From a virus (taxonomy: Duplodnaviria > Heunggongvirae > Uroviricota > Caudoviricetes): DNA of 64,000 bases. The DNA lies in the IMG/VR virus record IMGVR_UViG_3300025387_000012, positions 1 through 64,000 of that record. One strand, 5' to 3'. The notes below the pieces were generated by a model that ran no database searches, was not told the DNA's origin, and saw nothing but the letters and a program-made list of their open reading frames with translations. This document shows, piece after piece, positions 54,654-62,507 of the stretch. Positions within the stretch are counted from its first letter, which is position 1, and each line of letters starts with the position of its first letter. The translations under genes were made by a program, and so were the position numbers.

Positions 54654-54889
54654 GGCGCGATGAAGCAGTCGCAAAAGTCGAAGCAGACGTGGCGTGGAAA
54701 CTTTGGAAGCGCCTTTGCGAGACCGACCAAACACTTGCTGATTTGGCTGCGATTACTGGCAAAAGCGTAGCGGCTTTGGAATGGCTATTTTTGAATCCCG
54801 GCAGCGCGCTAGTGGGCGAAATCGGTCAAGTGTTTGGGGCCATGAATTGCCATGTCATCCCAACTTTTACGAGGAGGAATGAGGGATGA
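54650..54889 (+). CDS. hypothetical protein (GC-rich segment)
   Basis: ORF ending TRRNEG; duplicated junction. Confidence 0.4.
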   Translation: MRRDEAVAKVEADVAWKLWKRLCETDQTLADLAAITGKSVAALEWLFLNPGSALVGEIGQVFGAMNCHVIPTFTRRNEG

Positions 54890-55209
54890 GTGAGGTTGAT
54901 GACATCGTCGCCCGCATAGAGCGCCACGCTGAGGTTGGCTTCAGTCTTTGCAAGATCGAAGACACGCTCGCGATCATCACCGCCCTCCGTGCCGCACAGG
55001 CGCGGGAGCACCGGTTGCTGAGTGCGCTGACGCCGAGCGTGGAGACCAAGGCCGCTTACATAGGCGAGTTCAAATTTCCCTTCTGCATCAAGGATGAATT
55101 TGGCGACGACATGAAATTCACGCCGAACGTTCCGTGGGACACCATCAAGGAAATCATGGCTGCGATCCGCGCCCAAGCCCTTCAGGAGACCACCAATGCA
55201 CCGGAGTAG
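54886..55209 (+). CDS. hypothetical protein (GC-rich segment)
   Basis: ORF 107 aa. Confidence 0.45.
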   Translation: MSEVDDIVARIERHAEVGFSLCKIEDTLAIITALRAAQAREHRLLSALTPSVETKAAYIGEFKFPFCIKDEFGDDMKFTPNVPWDTIKEIMAAIRAQALQETTNAPE

Positions 55210-55666
55210 GGAAGAGTGGGCGGCGCGCGTTCGAAACGATTGGGTTGAAATTCCCGAATTGCTCGCCGCTGAAGACATCGCTGAACTCCACGCCCAGCTA
55301 GAAGCCGCACAGGCCGAGAACGAGCGCCTAAGCCAGTGCCTGACCTACGAGCAGCACCTTGCAGGCCGGGAGGGCACACACGGCCCTGACTGCCACCTGT
55401 GGGGGCCGAGGCATTACGAGTGCCTGAAGGCGCGCGTGGCGGAGTTGGCGGACGATGTGGAATTTTGGAAGCAGCGTTACTGGGAGGGTTGCGACCGGCG
55501 GAAGATTGACGAACCGGCGTTCCAAGAGCTGTTCAGCCGCGCCGAGGTTAATGCGGGTTACTCCGAGGATGACGAGAACGACGCCATCATCGGGCGTATG
55601 TTTATCAAACAACGTCACGCGCTCGCCGCCGCTGTTCTCCGCCACCAACTACAGGGAGGCCAGTGA
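55196..55666 (+). CDS. hypothetical coiled-coil protein (GC-rich segment)
   Basis: LHAQLEAAQAENERL motif shared with 58324 gene. Confidence 0.45.
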   Translation: MHRSREEWAARVRNDWVEIPELLAAEDIAELHAQLEAAQAENERLSQCLTYEQHLAGREGTHGPDCHLWGPRHYECLKARVAELADDVEFWKQRYWEGCDRRKIDEPAFQELFSRAEVNAGYSEDDENDAIIGRMFIKQRHALAAAVLRHQLQGGQ

Positions 55667-55831
55667 TGGCCTCCGCCGAGCGCGTGACCGTCGTGCAATC
55701 TCGCGTTCAATGGCCTCGCGAATCAGGTCGGTGCGGTCTTCATTCTCGCCAAGCACGGCGTCGATCTTGGCCCGCGTTCCGTCTGTCAACCGCAGCAGGA
55801 TCGTCTCGGCGTATAATTTTGGTCGGCCCAT
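55649..55831 (-). CDS. ribbon-helix-helix (CopG/Arc-like) transcriptional regulator
   Basis: MGRPKLYAETILLRLTDGTRAKIDAV...LIREAIEREIARR: beta-strand + two helices typical of RHH; only minus-strand gene in region; palindromic operator just upstream. Confidence 0.5.
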   Translation of the reverse strand: MGRPKLYAETILLRLTDGTRAKIDAVLGENEDRTDLIREAIEREIARRSRARRRPSLASL

Positions 55832-55846
55832 TTCGCATATCCGTTA

Positions 55847-55877
55847 TTGACACTGCGTCAGTGTATAGCGTATACAC
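55847..55877 (+). promoter_or_regulatory. canonical TTGACA-N18-TATACA promoter overlapped by perfect palindrome GTGTATAgcgTATACAC (candidate RHH operator)
   Basis: Inverted repeat 55861-55877 in divergent intergenic region between RHH gene (-) and 55903 gene (+). Confidence 0.5.
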
Positions 55878-55902
55878 GTTTCATGGACAAGGGAGGACGG
55901 AA

Positions 55903-56283
55903 ATGACCGCCATCGCCAATCTGATCTATTCGCAAACGCTTCTTTACCCGCAGGGCTACATAAGCGTTCGGCTTCAAGATGCCAAATACCGCAAAGCCCT
56001 GAAGCACCTCGGCGGCGGCTGGCGCGCCCCTATTCACGGGTGCTGGGTTTTTGCCGCCGACGATGGGACGCCGCTTGCGCAAGTCCGCACCCTTGGACAC
56101 CAGCTTCCGAAAAAGGACCGACGCTACGCGCTGCGCGTTCATGGTGTTTTGTTTACCCGGATGCAGCCGTTGGTCAGCACCAAGCGCCCGATCAATAGTG
56201 AAGTTGCGTCTTACCTGACGCCGAAAGAAGCAATGCAAGCCGGGTCGAAACTGATCGCGGACCTTCGGAAGGGAGACCAGTGA
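55903..56283 (+). CDS. hypothetical protein (divergent from RHH gene)
   Basis: AAGGGAGGA RBS before ATG 55903; upstream part of ORF-track frame looks non-coding. Confidence 0.45.
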   Translation: MTAIANLIYSQTLLYPQGYISVRLQDAKYRKALKHLGGGWRAPIHGCWVFAADDGTPLAQVRTLGHQLPKKDRRYALRVHGVLFTRMQPLVSTKRPINSEVASYLTPKEAMQAGSKLIADLRKGDQ

Positions 56284-57113
56284 TGGACCTGCGTGAAGAG
56301 ATATCGAAGGTCATGGGTGTCGTTGCCGCTGACGGCGCTCAAGCCGGATACGCCACTGAAGTTGTCATGGCCCTCATCGCCAAGGCGGGTGAGCCGGTGG
56401 CCGCACCTACTCAACGCTCAGACGGTGTTAGTCAACGCTCTGAAGGGTCTGTCGAGCCGGTGGCGTGGCGTGATGACCTCGACTGGCACGGTCAGTTCAG
56501 CCTGCACGACCCCGACCCGTCCGATGACCATTCGGCGCTCTATCTCGTCATGCCCAACGGTTTGATGGTTAACATCAGTTGCGACCCCCGCGAAGGCTTG
56601 GACGTTAAGCGCGGCAACTGGCTGGTGTCGGTGCTCAATGCGGGGTTGCTGTCTTCCGAACAGGCCACACAGGCGCGGGAAACTGTCCTCTCTGACACCG
56701 TGCGACGGATGGATGCGTGGCGAAAACAGTGCGCCGAACATGAGGCAACTATTCGCGCCTTACAAACGCGCGTAGCTGAACTGGTGGCCCTTACCGCCCC
56801 CGCCGCACCCACCCTTGACGCTGAGGCGGTGGCGCGGGTGATTGCTCCTTGGCCGTTCAAAATGGTCGAGGAAAGCATTGCAGACGGCATGTCGTGGGCA
56901 GGCATGTGTGTTCACTATCAGCACGCCATGTATCTGATCCAATCCGCCTACAGCACGGCCCACCAGATCATCGCCATGCAGGCCGCGCCGGTCGGGCCGG
57001 TGACGGAAACTGAAACTTCCCGAGCATGGACAATTGCGCTCGACGGATTGAATGGAAAGCTCGGCATGGAAGCCGCCCTTGAGGACTTCCTGAAGCGGAG
57101 GGGCGGAGCATGA
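56280..57113 (+). CDS. hypothetical protein (GC-rich segment)
   Basis: 277-aa ORF. Confidence 0.45.
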   Translation: MMDLREEISKVMGVVAADGAQAGYATEVVMALIAKAGEPVAAPTQRSDGVSQRSEGSVEPVAWRDDLDWHGQFSLHDPDPSDDHSALYLVMPNGLMVNISCDPREGLDVKRGNWLVSVLNAGLLSSEQATQARETVLSDTVRRMDAWRKQCAEHEATIRALQTRVAELVALTAPAAPTLDAEAVARVIAPWPFKMVEESIADGMSWAGMCVHYQHAMYLIQSAYSTAHQIIAMQAAPVGPVTETETSRAWTIALDGLNGKLGMEAALEDFLKRRGGA

Positions 57114-57337
57114 GCCAGCGAGAACAGATTGCTCGGATCATTGATCCCTTTGCGTTCGTATTGGCCGATGACGATTTGAATTGGCAAGTATCGCGTTAGC
57201 CGAAGCGGCTTTTGAACACAAAGGACCTTTTGAACAGGTCAGAGCCGCCCTTATTGCCGCAATGGAGAGTAAATAATACCTCACTGTGGATTTTCTTGAA
57301 AATCCAGTGCCATTGCCGCTAAAGCCTGGAGGTCAAA

Positions 57338-57613
57338 ATGATTATTTCAAGTTTTATTGGGGGATTGGTAGGTGGATTCTTTGCTAGTATTTTAACCGCC
57401 CATCGATATAAACAAAAAATTCGGCACATTCACGAACAACTAGAATCAAAGCTTTTGACATTTTCTTTTAAGAGCTCAAATGAAAGTTCTTCAACAACCA
57501 TCAAATCGCACGTGATAGCATGTGCTGAAACTGGGGAAGGTGTTCGAATAGAGATACCTATAAGCGATATTATGACGCTTCAAAAGCGCATGAACGCGCC
57601 GTCATGGCAATAG
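57338..57613 (+). CDS. hypothetical membrane protein (AT-rich segment)
   Basis: N-terminal TM MIISSFIGGLVGGFFASILTA. Confidence 0.35.
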   Translation: MIISSFIGGLVGGFFASILTAHRYKQKIRHIHEQLESKLLTFSFKSSNESSSTTIKSHVIACAETGEGVRIEIPISDIMTLQKRMNAPSWQ

Positions 57614-57638
57614 AAACAATCATTAGCTAAAATTCATG

Positions 57639-57666
57639 TTTACATCCTGGCCGTTCTGTGTAAAAT
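57639..57666 (+). promoter_or_regulatory. promoter, conserved family (TTTACA-N16-TAAAAT)
   Basis: CATGTTTACATCCTGGCCG. Confidence 0.55.
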
Positions 57667-57691
57667 TAGAAAATCAGAACGAGGGATAAAG

Positions 57692-58264
57692 ATGATCGAG
57701 ACAAAAGCCGCTACCTCTCTCCTTATTGGGGTTTCAGTTGCATCGCTGGGAATAATTTGCCAGATATCAAACATGCTGTCTGATTACCAAACTCGTCCCG
57801 CTATCCAGTTTTACCATCCATCTTTGCCAGCATCTCCAAAAATTCCTCTGCAGAACGTTGAAACTCCTCAGGATATTGCCAACAGATCAATCAAATGTCT
57901 AGCAGAAGATGTTTACTATGAGGCGAGAGGTGAACCAGAACGTGGGCAGATAGCAGCCGCATATGTCGTTATGAATAGAGTTCAAAACGAACTCGGAGGA
58001 GATGTTTGCCGAACCATCTGGAAAAGTCATCAATTTTCATGGACCGATAACATTCATCGTCCTGAGATCAATGATATGACTGCCTGGCAAAAGGCGTACT
58101 CCGTAGCCTCTAAAGTGTATCGACTTAGGGTAAATGATCCAACTAATGGTGCAGACCATTATCTAAACAAGGCCAAGGTTCATACTCTCCCCAAATGGGT
58201 GAAAAAGGGAAAAAATATCGTTAAGATAGCTAATCACACATTTATGCAGCTCATGACCCACTAG
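57692..58264 (+). CDS. SleB-type cell-wall hydrolase (Hydrolase_2 family) with N-terminal signal/TM
   Basis: IKCLAEDVYYEARGEPERGQIAAAYVVMNRV matches SleB family core (CLAxxxYxEARGE...AVAxVVxNR). Confidence 0.6.
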   Translation: MIETKAATSLLIGVSVASLGIICQISNMLSDYQTRPAIQFYHPSLPASPKIPLQNVETPQDIANRSIKCLAEDVYYEARGEPERGQIAAAYVVMNRVQNELGGDVCRTIWKSHQFSWTDNIHRPEINDMTAWQKAYSVASKVYRLRVNDPTNGADHYLNKAKVHTLPKWVKKGKNIVKIANHTFMQLMTH

Positions 58265-58267
58265 CTG

Positions 58268-58295
58268 TTTACAATCCTGCGGTTTATGATAGAAT
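58268..58295 (+). promoter_or_regulatory. promoter, conserved family (TTTACA-N16-TAGAAT)
   Basis: GCTGTTTACAATCCTG. Confidence 0.45.
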
Positions 58296-58323
58296 AAAAT
58301 CATATCAAAAAGGAGGTACAACA

Positions 58324-58665
58324 ATGAACCGGACTAATGAGTGGATCAAGACGCTGAACCTTGAAGACGCGAAACAAACTGCTGATCTGATCGCCTCCCT
58401 TCATGCCCAGCTAGAAGCTGCACAGGCGCGCGTTTCAGAATTGGAAGCGGAAAAGGCGCGCTGGGATGGGAACGATTTTCTGTCAGCTACATGCATAGGC
58501 CTTCTAAATGGTGAGCTTGTTTCTTCTCTAGACAAAAATGATGTCCTTAAAGAGGCTCTAGAGTTTGCTGCTTTAGAATTAGAAAGTTCGGCTGAAGTGC
58601 ATAAATGTGAGGTATGCCGAAACGCTTCAATTTATATTGACGGAATTCTCGAAAATAACAAGTAA
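58324..58665 (+). CDS. hypothetical coiled-coil protein
   Basis: AAAGGAGG RBS; LHAQLEAAQARVSELEAEKARW. Confidence 0.45.
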   Translation: MNRTNEWIKTLNLEDAKQTADLIASLHAQLEAAQARVSELEAEKARWDGNDFLSATCIGLLNGELVSSLDKNDVLKEALEFAALELESSAEVHKCEVCRNASIYIDGILENNK

Positions 58666-58668
58666 AAT

Positions 58669-58699
58669 AAAGCGTGGGCGGAATAATTCCGCCCACGCT
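58669..58699. terminator. 12-bp perfect hairpin (AAGCGTGGGCGG/CCGCCCACGCTT), possible bidirectional terminator
   Basis: A-tract upstream / no U-tract downstream on + strand; U-tract on minus strand. Confidence 0.45.
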
Positions 58700-58987
58700 T
58701 AAGGATTTAATCCCAAAAAACGGATCAGCTTTTGTCTGTTTTCGGCAAATCAAGAGGAAATTAGAACATGTATGAACATGATGTCATCATCGCTCTAGTA
58801 ATTTACTGTGTTGTTCAGTCGATTTTAATCAATTCGCAAAAAAAATTAATTGAAAAGCAATCTGTTTTAATTAAGGGCTTAAAGGAAATCTTAAACGAGT
58901 GAAGAGTTTGTCTGGGACAGATAGAAAGTGATCCGTTGCTGATTATCTGAGGCGTAAATACCAGCGGATGTTCTTGGAGAAAATCTA

Positions 58988-59185
58988 ATGGCAGTACCAT
59001 ATTATCAGGTTCTGGTGGTCATCGAGTTCAACGGTCAGGTTGCGACAACCTCAATGGGCTTCAACAACGAGCGGGATGCCGAGACCGCGATTGAACAGGT
59101 AACGACCAAGAAGCCAGACAGCCGCTGGCCAACGATCACGGTCAGAAGAGCCTACGTGCCTTCATGGGAACTTCCCAACAATTAA
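58988..59185 (+). CDS. hypothetical small protein
   Basis: GGAGAAAA RBS. Confidence 0.4.
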   Translation: MAVPYYQVLVVIEFNGQVATTSMGFNNERDAETAIEQVTTKKPDSRWPTITVRRAYVPSWELPNN

Positions 59186-59358
59186 GAAATGAGCAAACGT
59201 AAATGTTGCCCCGCGACCACTTTCTCAAAAACTTTGTCCCACCACCTCCCCCTCCGCCCCCAAAGAGGAGGCCTGCAGTAGCATTTTTCACATTAATAGG
59301 AATCCTCTTCATAGCGGTTACCGTGTTGTGTGGACTCCTCGATATGATGGGTATCTAA

Positions 59359-59697
59359 ATGCAGGAGTTTTGCGAAACGCTGAAGAAATCCGGGCAGCTT
59401 CACAACGACATCCAGGCTGAAGCCGAGCAGAAGGTTCTGGATCGCCTCGCGAAGAACAAGGCGTACCGTGATCGCGAAGATCGTCTCTCTAAAAACTGGC
59501 TCTACGTGATCTTCCTTCTGCCGGGCCCGGCCCAGTACATCGACACCATCACTGACGACATCAAGTGCGAGGGACTCCTTCGTGATCTCGGATGGTCGCA
59601 GGATCGAATCGACAAGCTCATGCAAAACAGATACACACTAGGAGAAAATAATGCAGGTAGTTCCAAGCGTCGTCTTCAAGACCCGCGTTCGCGATGA
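59359..59697 (+). CDS. hypothetical protein
   Basis: ORF 112 aa; 3' end overlaps peroxiredoxin gene. Confidence 0.4.
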   Translation: MQEFCETLKKSGQLHNDIQAEAEQKVLDRLAKNKAYRDREDRLSKNWLYVIFLLPGPAQYIDTITDDIKCEGLLRDLGWSQDRIDKLMQNRYTLGENNAGSSKRRLQDPRSR

Positions 59698-60175
59698 ATT
59701 CATTGGTGGACCGAATCCTTTCCGTTGGCAGGACGTTACGTCCTTTGATCTCTTCGGTGGCAAGCGCGTCGTTCTCTTCTCGTTGCCCGGAGCGTTCACG
59801 CCAACCTGCTCGACAATGCAGCTTCCCGGTTTTGAAAAGAACTATGACGAGTTCAAGAAGCTCGACATCGACGAAATCTACTGCATCAGCGTCAACGACA
59901 GCTTCGTCATGAATGCCTGGGCAAAGTCGCAGAACCTCGAGCATGTCAAGGTCATTCCTGATGGCTCAGGCCGCTTTACCGATGGGATGGGCATGCTGGT
60001 CGACAGGGACAATCTCGGCTTCGGTCGCCGTAGCTGGCGCTATGCCGCGGTGGTCGACAACGGCGCTATCGAGATGCTCACTGAAGAGCCAGGCCGCTGC
60101 GACAACTGCGAGACCGATCCCTATGGCGCGACAGCACCAGACGCGATCCTCGAATATCTGAGGACTCCTCGCTAA
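59651..60175 (+). CDS. peroxiredoxin (Prx5-type, AhpC/TSA fold)
   Basis: LPGAFTPTCS peroxidatic-Cys motif of Prx5/PrxD subfamily; GGAGAAAA RBS. Confidence 0.7.
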   Translation: MQVVPSVVFKTRVRDEFIGGPNPFRWQDVTSFDLFGGKRVVLFSLPGAFTPTCSTMQLPGFEKNYDEFKKLDIDEIYCISVNDSFVMNAWAKSQNLEHVKVIPDGSGRFTDGMGMLVDRDNLGFGRRSWRYAAVVDNGAIEMLTEEPGRCDNCETDPYGATAPDAILEYLRTPR

Positions 60176-60199
60176 GGAATAAAGCCATAACGGGGGCTA

Positions 60200-60227
60200 T
60201 TTACATCCTGGGAAAACAGGGTAAGAT
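60200..60227 (+). promoter_or_regulatory. promoter, conserved family (TAAGAT -10)
   Basis: CTATTTACATCCTGGGAAAACAGGGTAAGAT. Confidence 0.55.
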
Positions 60228-60253
60228 CATAATATCAACAGGGAGTGTTTGCA

Positions 60254-60457
60254 ATGACCCTTGAAGAAATTATTGATGAAGCTCACGAGGACATGGAAAC
60301 TGCCATGGAAACCTGGGCTACCTGCGATGAAGATTTTGCCGAAGCGGCAAGCTTCATCTGTGAGACATCGGTTTCTTCCTACGGTCGCCAAATCTCCTGG
60401 CGCTGGAGCAACTGGGGCGGTGTTGAGTTTTTCGCAGCTGAACAGGAAGTCGCGTAG
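60254..60457 (+). CDS. hypothetical acidic small protein
   Basis: GGGAG RBS; promoter 60200. Confidence 0.4.
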   Translation: MTLEEIIDEAHEDMETAMETWATCDEDFAEAASFICETSVSSYGRQISWRWSNWGGVEFFAAEQEVA

Positions 60458-60459
60458 CT

Positions 60460-60630
60460 ATGAAGTACGAAAATAAGGGGGAGCAGCCCGTGTCTAACAA
60501 GACTCGGGTGGTTGTCTACCTCAGAGGCTGGGTTGGGAATGGTCCCGCTCGGTGGGAAGGGTTCGCCAAGGATGTCGATTGGCAAATCCTTGGCGAGGAT
60601 CAAGACATCCTTTGGTGGGATTACGCCTAA
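60460..60630 (+). CDS. hypothetical small protein (56 aa)
   Basis: More protein-like than overlapping track ORF 60512..60700. Confidence 0.3.
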   Translation: MKYENKGEQPVSNKTRVVVYLRGWVGNGPARWEGFAKDVDWQILGEDQDILWWDYA

Positions 60631-60696
60631 AGCTTTCCCGGTCGGCCGCCATGAAAAGGCCGACAGCGCCTACAACGAACTCGTAAGGGAAAACCG

Positions 60697-60999
60697 ATGA
60701 AGCGTTATCCGCACGTTAACTATGAGCGCATGAAGCGACCTGTCGCGATTACAACGTTGACATATGATCTCGAGGGATCAGTCGAGGGCGCGATTGAGAC
60801 GCTTCAGCGGTACCAGAAGGAATACCCTGGCTGCACGCTCTCCTATGAGGACGTCGCTGACTCGTATTCACCAGAACGAATGGGTCTCGTCCTCTACGCG
60901 AATGTGGACGAGACCGATACCGAGATGGCGGCTCGCATCCACGGTGAAGAGCGCGAGCGCAAAGAGTTTGAACGCCTCAGGGAGAAATACGGCAAATGA
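60697..60999 (+). CDS. hypothetical protein
   Basis: ORF 100 aa. Confidence 0.45.
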   Translation: MKRYPHVNYERMKRPVAITTLTYDLEGSVEGAIETLQRYQKEYPGCTLSYEDVADSYSPERMGLVLYANVDETDTEMAARIHGEERERKEFERLREKYGK

Positions 61000-61157
61000 T
61001 CGTTTACGTCCTCCTCGTTTTCATCGCGTGGAACAACCCGATCAAGGTTGACAACATCGCGTCACTCCAGGAGTGCCAGCGGCTTGGAGCGCAGATCGGC
61101 GGCATGGACCGGGGCGGATACGAGTACAAGTGCTTCGCGGTTCAAAAAGCGCGATGA
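60996..61157 (+). CDS. hypothetical small membrane protein (53 aa)
   Basis: ATGA coupling. Confidence 0.3.
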   Translation: MIVYVLLVFIAWNNPIKVDNIASLQECQRLGAQIGGMDRGGYEYKCFAVQKAR

Positions 61158-61363
61158 GGTGGAAAGAATGGGACATCTCTGACTTCCTCGGCCGTCCCTG
61201 GTGGCTGCAGGTGAAGATGCGGTTCTGCCTTCATCGCTACGTCGAGCATGAGGAAAACAGCGCGAAGCGGAAGTGCGAGAAGTGCGGACGCGTCGAATGG
61301 CTCTTTAGCAATCCGTATCCGAGGATTGGGGAACCGAAGTACTTCTGGAAAGAGATGTTTTAA
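61154..61363 (+). CDS. hypothetical small protein with CxxC pair
   Basis: ATGA coupling; KCEKCG. Confidence 0.35.
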   Translation: MRWKEWDISDFLGRPWWLQVKMRFCLHRYVEHEENSAKRKCEKCGRVEWLFSNPYPRIGEPKYFWKEMF

Positions 61364-61420
61364 CGGTGTACTTTCCGCTGAACGCGTGTTAAGATGCTTT
61401 ATTAGAAGAAGGAAAACCCG

Positions 61421-61717
61421 ATGAACCGCAATCCTACCTATGACAAAGTCCGCGTCGGCGATCAGTTCGTCTCCTCGCTCTCTAACTTCAAGGGCAAGGG
61501 CTGGTACCACGTTTCTACCGTGGTCAAGATGGAAGAGCCTTCTCCGCGATACAAGCCGATGCCCGAATCGGTTCTCGCCGGTCTCAAGAAGCCCATTCCC
61601 CAACGCGATGTTCCCATGGACCGCGTCGTTTATGTCGATATTAGGACCTCCACCGGTATCTTCGTCGATCGCGCGAAGCGCATGTGGGTCAGCCAGCTTC
61701 TCGAAGGAAAAATCTGA
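61421..61717 (+). CDS. hypothetical protein
   Basis: ORF 98 aa. Confidence 0.45.
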   Translation: MNRNPTYDKVRVGDQFVSSLSNFKGKGWYHVSTVVKMEEPSPRYKPMPESVLAGLKKPIPQRDVPMDRVVYVDIRTSTGIFVDRAKRMWVSQLLEGKI

Positions 61718-61992
61718 TGGCGGAAATGACTGCAATCGAGATCGAATGCGACTCGTGCAAGGGCACAGGTCTCTACGTTGGGTTCATGGAAGGTAAAGGC
61801 CAAGCCGTTATCTGCGTGAACTGCCGCGGTAGTGGCGGACGCTGGCTCCACTACATTCCCTTCACAGGGCGGAAGAAGCGAGAAGGCATCGAGCGCATCC
61901 GCAGTGGTACTGGGATGATCATCGACCAACCGACTGAAGGTTCGTGGATGACATATGCAAAGTTCGAGGAACTGATCCCCCTCAAAAACTAA
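61717..61992 (+). CDS. small DnaJ-type zinc-finger protein (CxxCxGxG x2)
   Basis: CDSCKGTG and CVNCRGSG repeats; AAGGAAA RBS; TGATG coupling. Confidence 0.45.
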   Translation: MAEMTAIEIECDSCKGTGLYVGFMEGKGQAVICVNCRGSGGRWLHYIPFTGRKKREGIERIRSGTGMIIDQPTEGSWMTYAKFEELIPLKN

Positions 61993-62023
61993 TTCCCTCG
62001 AAAAACTAATTCCTCTTTTCCTG

Positions 62024-62051
62024 TTTACAACCTGGTGGAACAGTGTAAGAT
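62024..62051 (+). promoter_or_regulatory. promoter + shared leader cassette
   Basis: CCTGTTTACAACCTGGTGGAACAGTGTAAGAT...TATCAACTGGAGCTG. Confidence 0.6.
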
Positions 62052-62076
62052 CATTATATCAACTGGAGCTGATACG

Positions 62077-62325
62077 ATGACCAATGAACAACACCTCCAC
62101 AGCTACATTGAAAGCCGGAACGCTCTGGCCCACTTCTTCCGCGGTCAGCGCGTCTTCGATGCGAATGACCTTTCCTACTGGGACATCACCGCGCTCCTCG
62201 AGTGCATCGAGTGCGATCTCTCCCCTGAAAATCTCTGCTGCGACGGTGAACTCCGCGGTCGCGCTCTTCAACAGAAGCAAGCCCGCCTTCTTGGTGCCAA
62301 GGCGGCTCTTGAGGCTCGCGTCTAA
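62077..62325 (+). CDS. hypothetical protein
   Basis: Promoter-leader cassette 62024. Confidence 0.4.
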   Translation: MTNEQHLHSYIESRNALAHFFRGQRVFDANDLSYWDITALLECIECDLSPENLCCDGELRGRALQQKQARLLGAKAALEARV

Positions 62326-62447
62326 TGGAACCGTGGCTCATTCTGATCGGCATCCTCGCTGCGGTCTACGTGACCACTATCATGATTTGCTCTCGATGGG
62401 CCAGGCCTCACATCGTCAAGTTCTTCGACTGGCTTGATCGTAAATGA
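62325..62447 (+). CDS. hypothetical small membrane protein (40 aa)
   Basis: TAATG coupling. Confidence 0.3.
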   Translation: MEPWLILIGILAAVYVTTIMICSRWARPHIVKFFDWLDRK

Positions 62448-62452
62448 TCCGT

Positions 62453-62480
62453 TTACATCGCTCGAAAAGCGGTGTATAAT
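62453..62480 (+). promoter_or_regulatory. promoter, conserved family (TTTACA-N16-TATAAT)
   Basis: CCGTTTACATCGCTCG...GGTGTATAAT. Confidence 0.55.
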
Positions 62481-62507
62481 GTGATTTGAAGATGCGTTAA
62501 ATAGGAG

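Noticed and set aside
60512-60700. Track ORF 60512..60700
   Set aside because: Alternative-frame ORF 60460-60630 immediately follows the upstream stop and has a more protein-like composition; the two are mutually exclusive and neither is confident.
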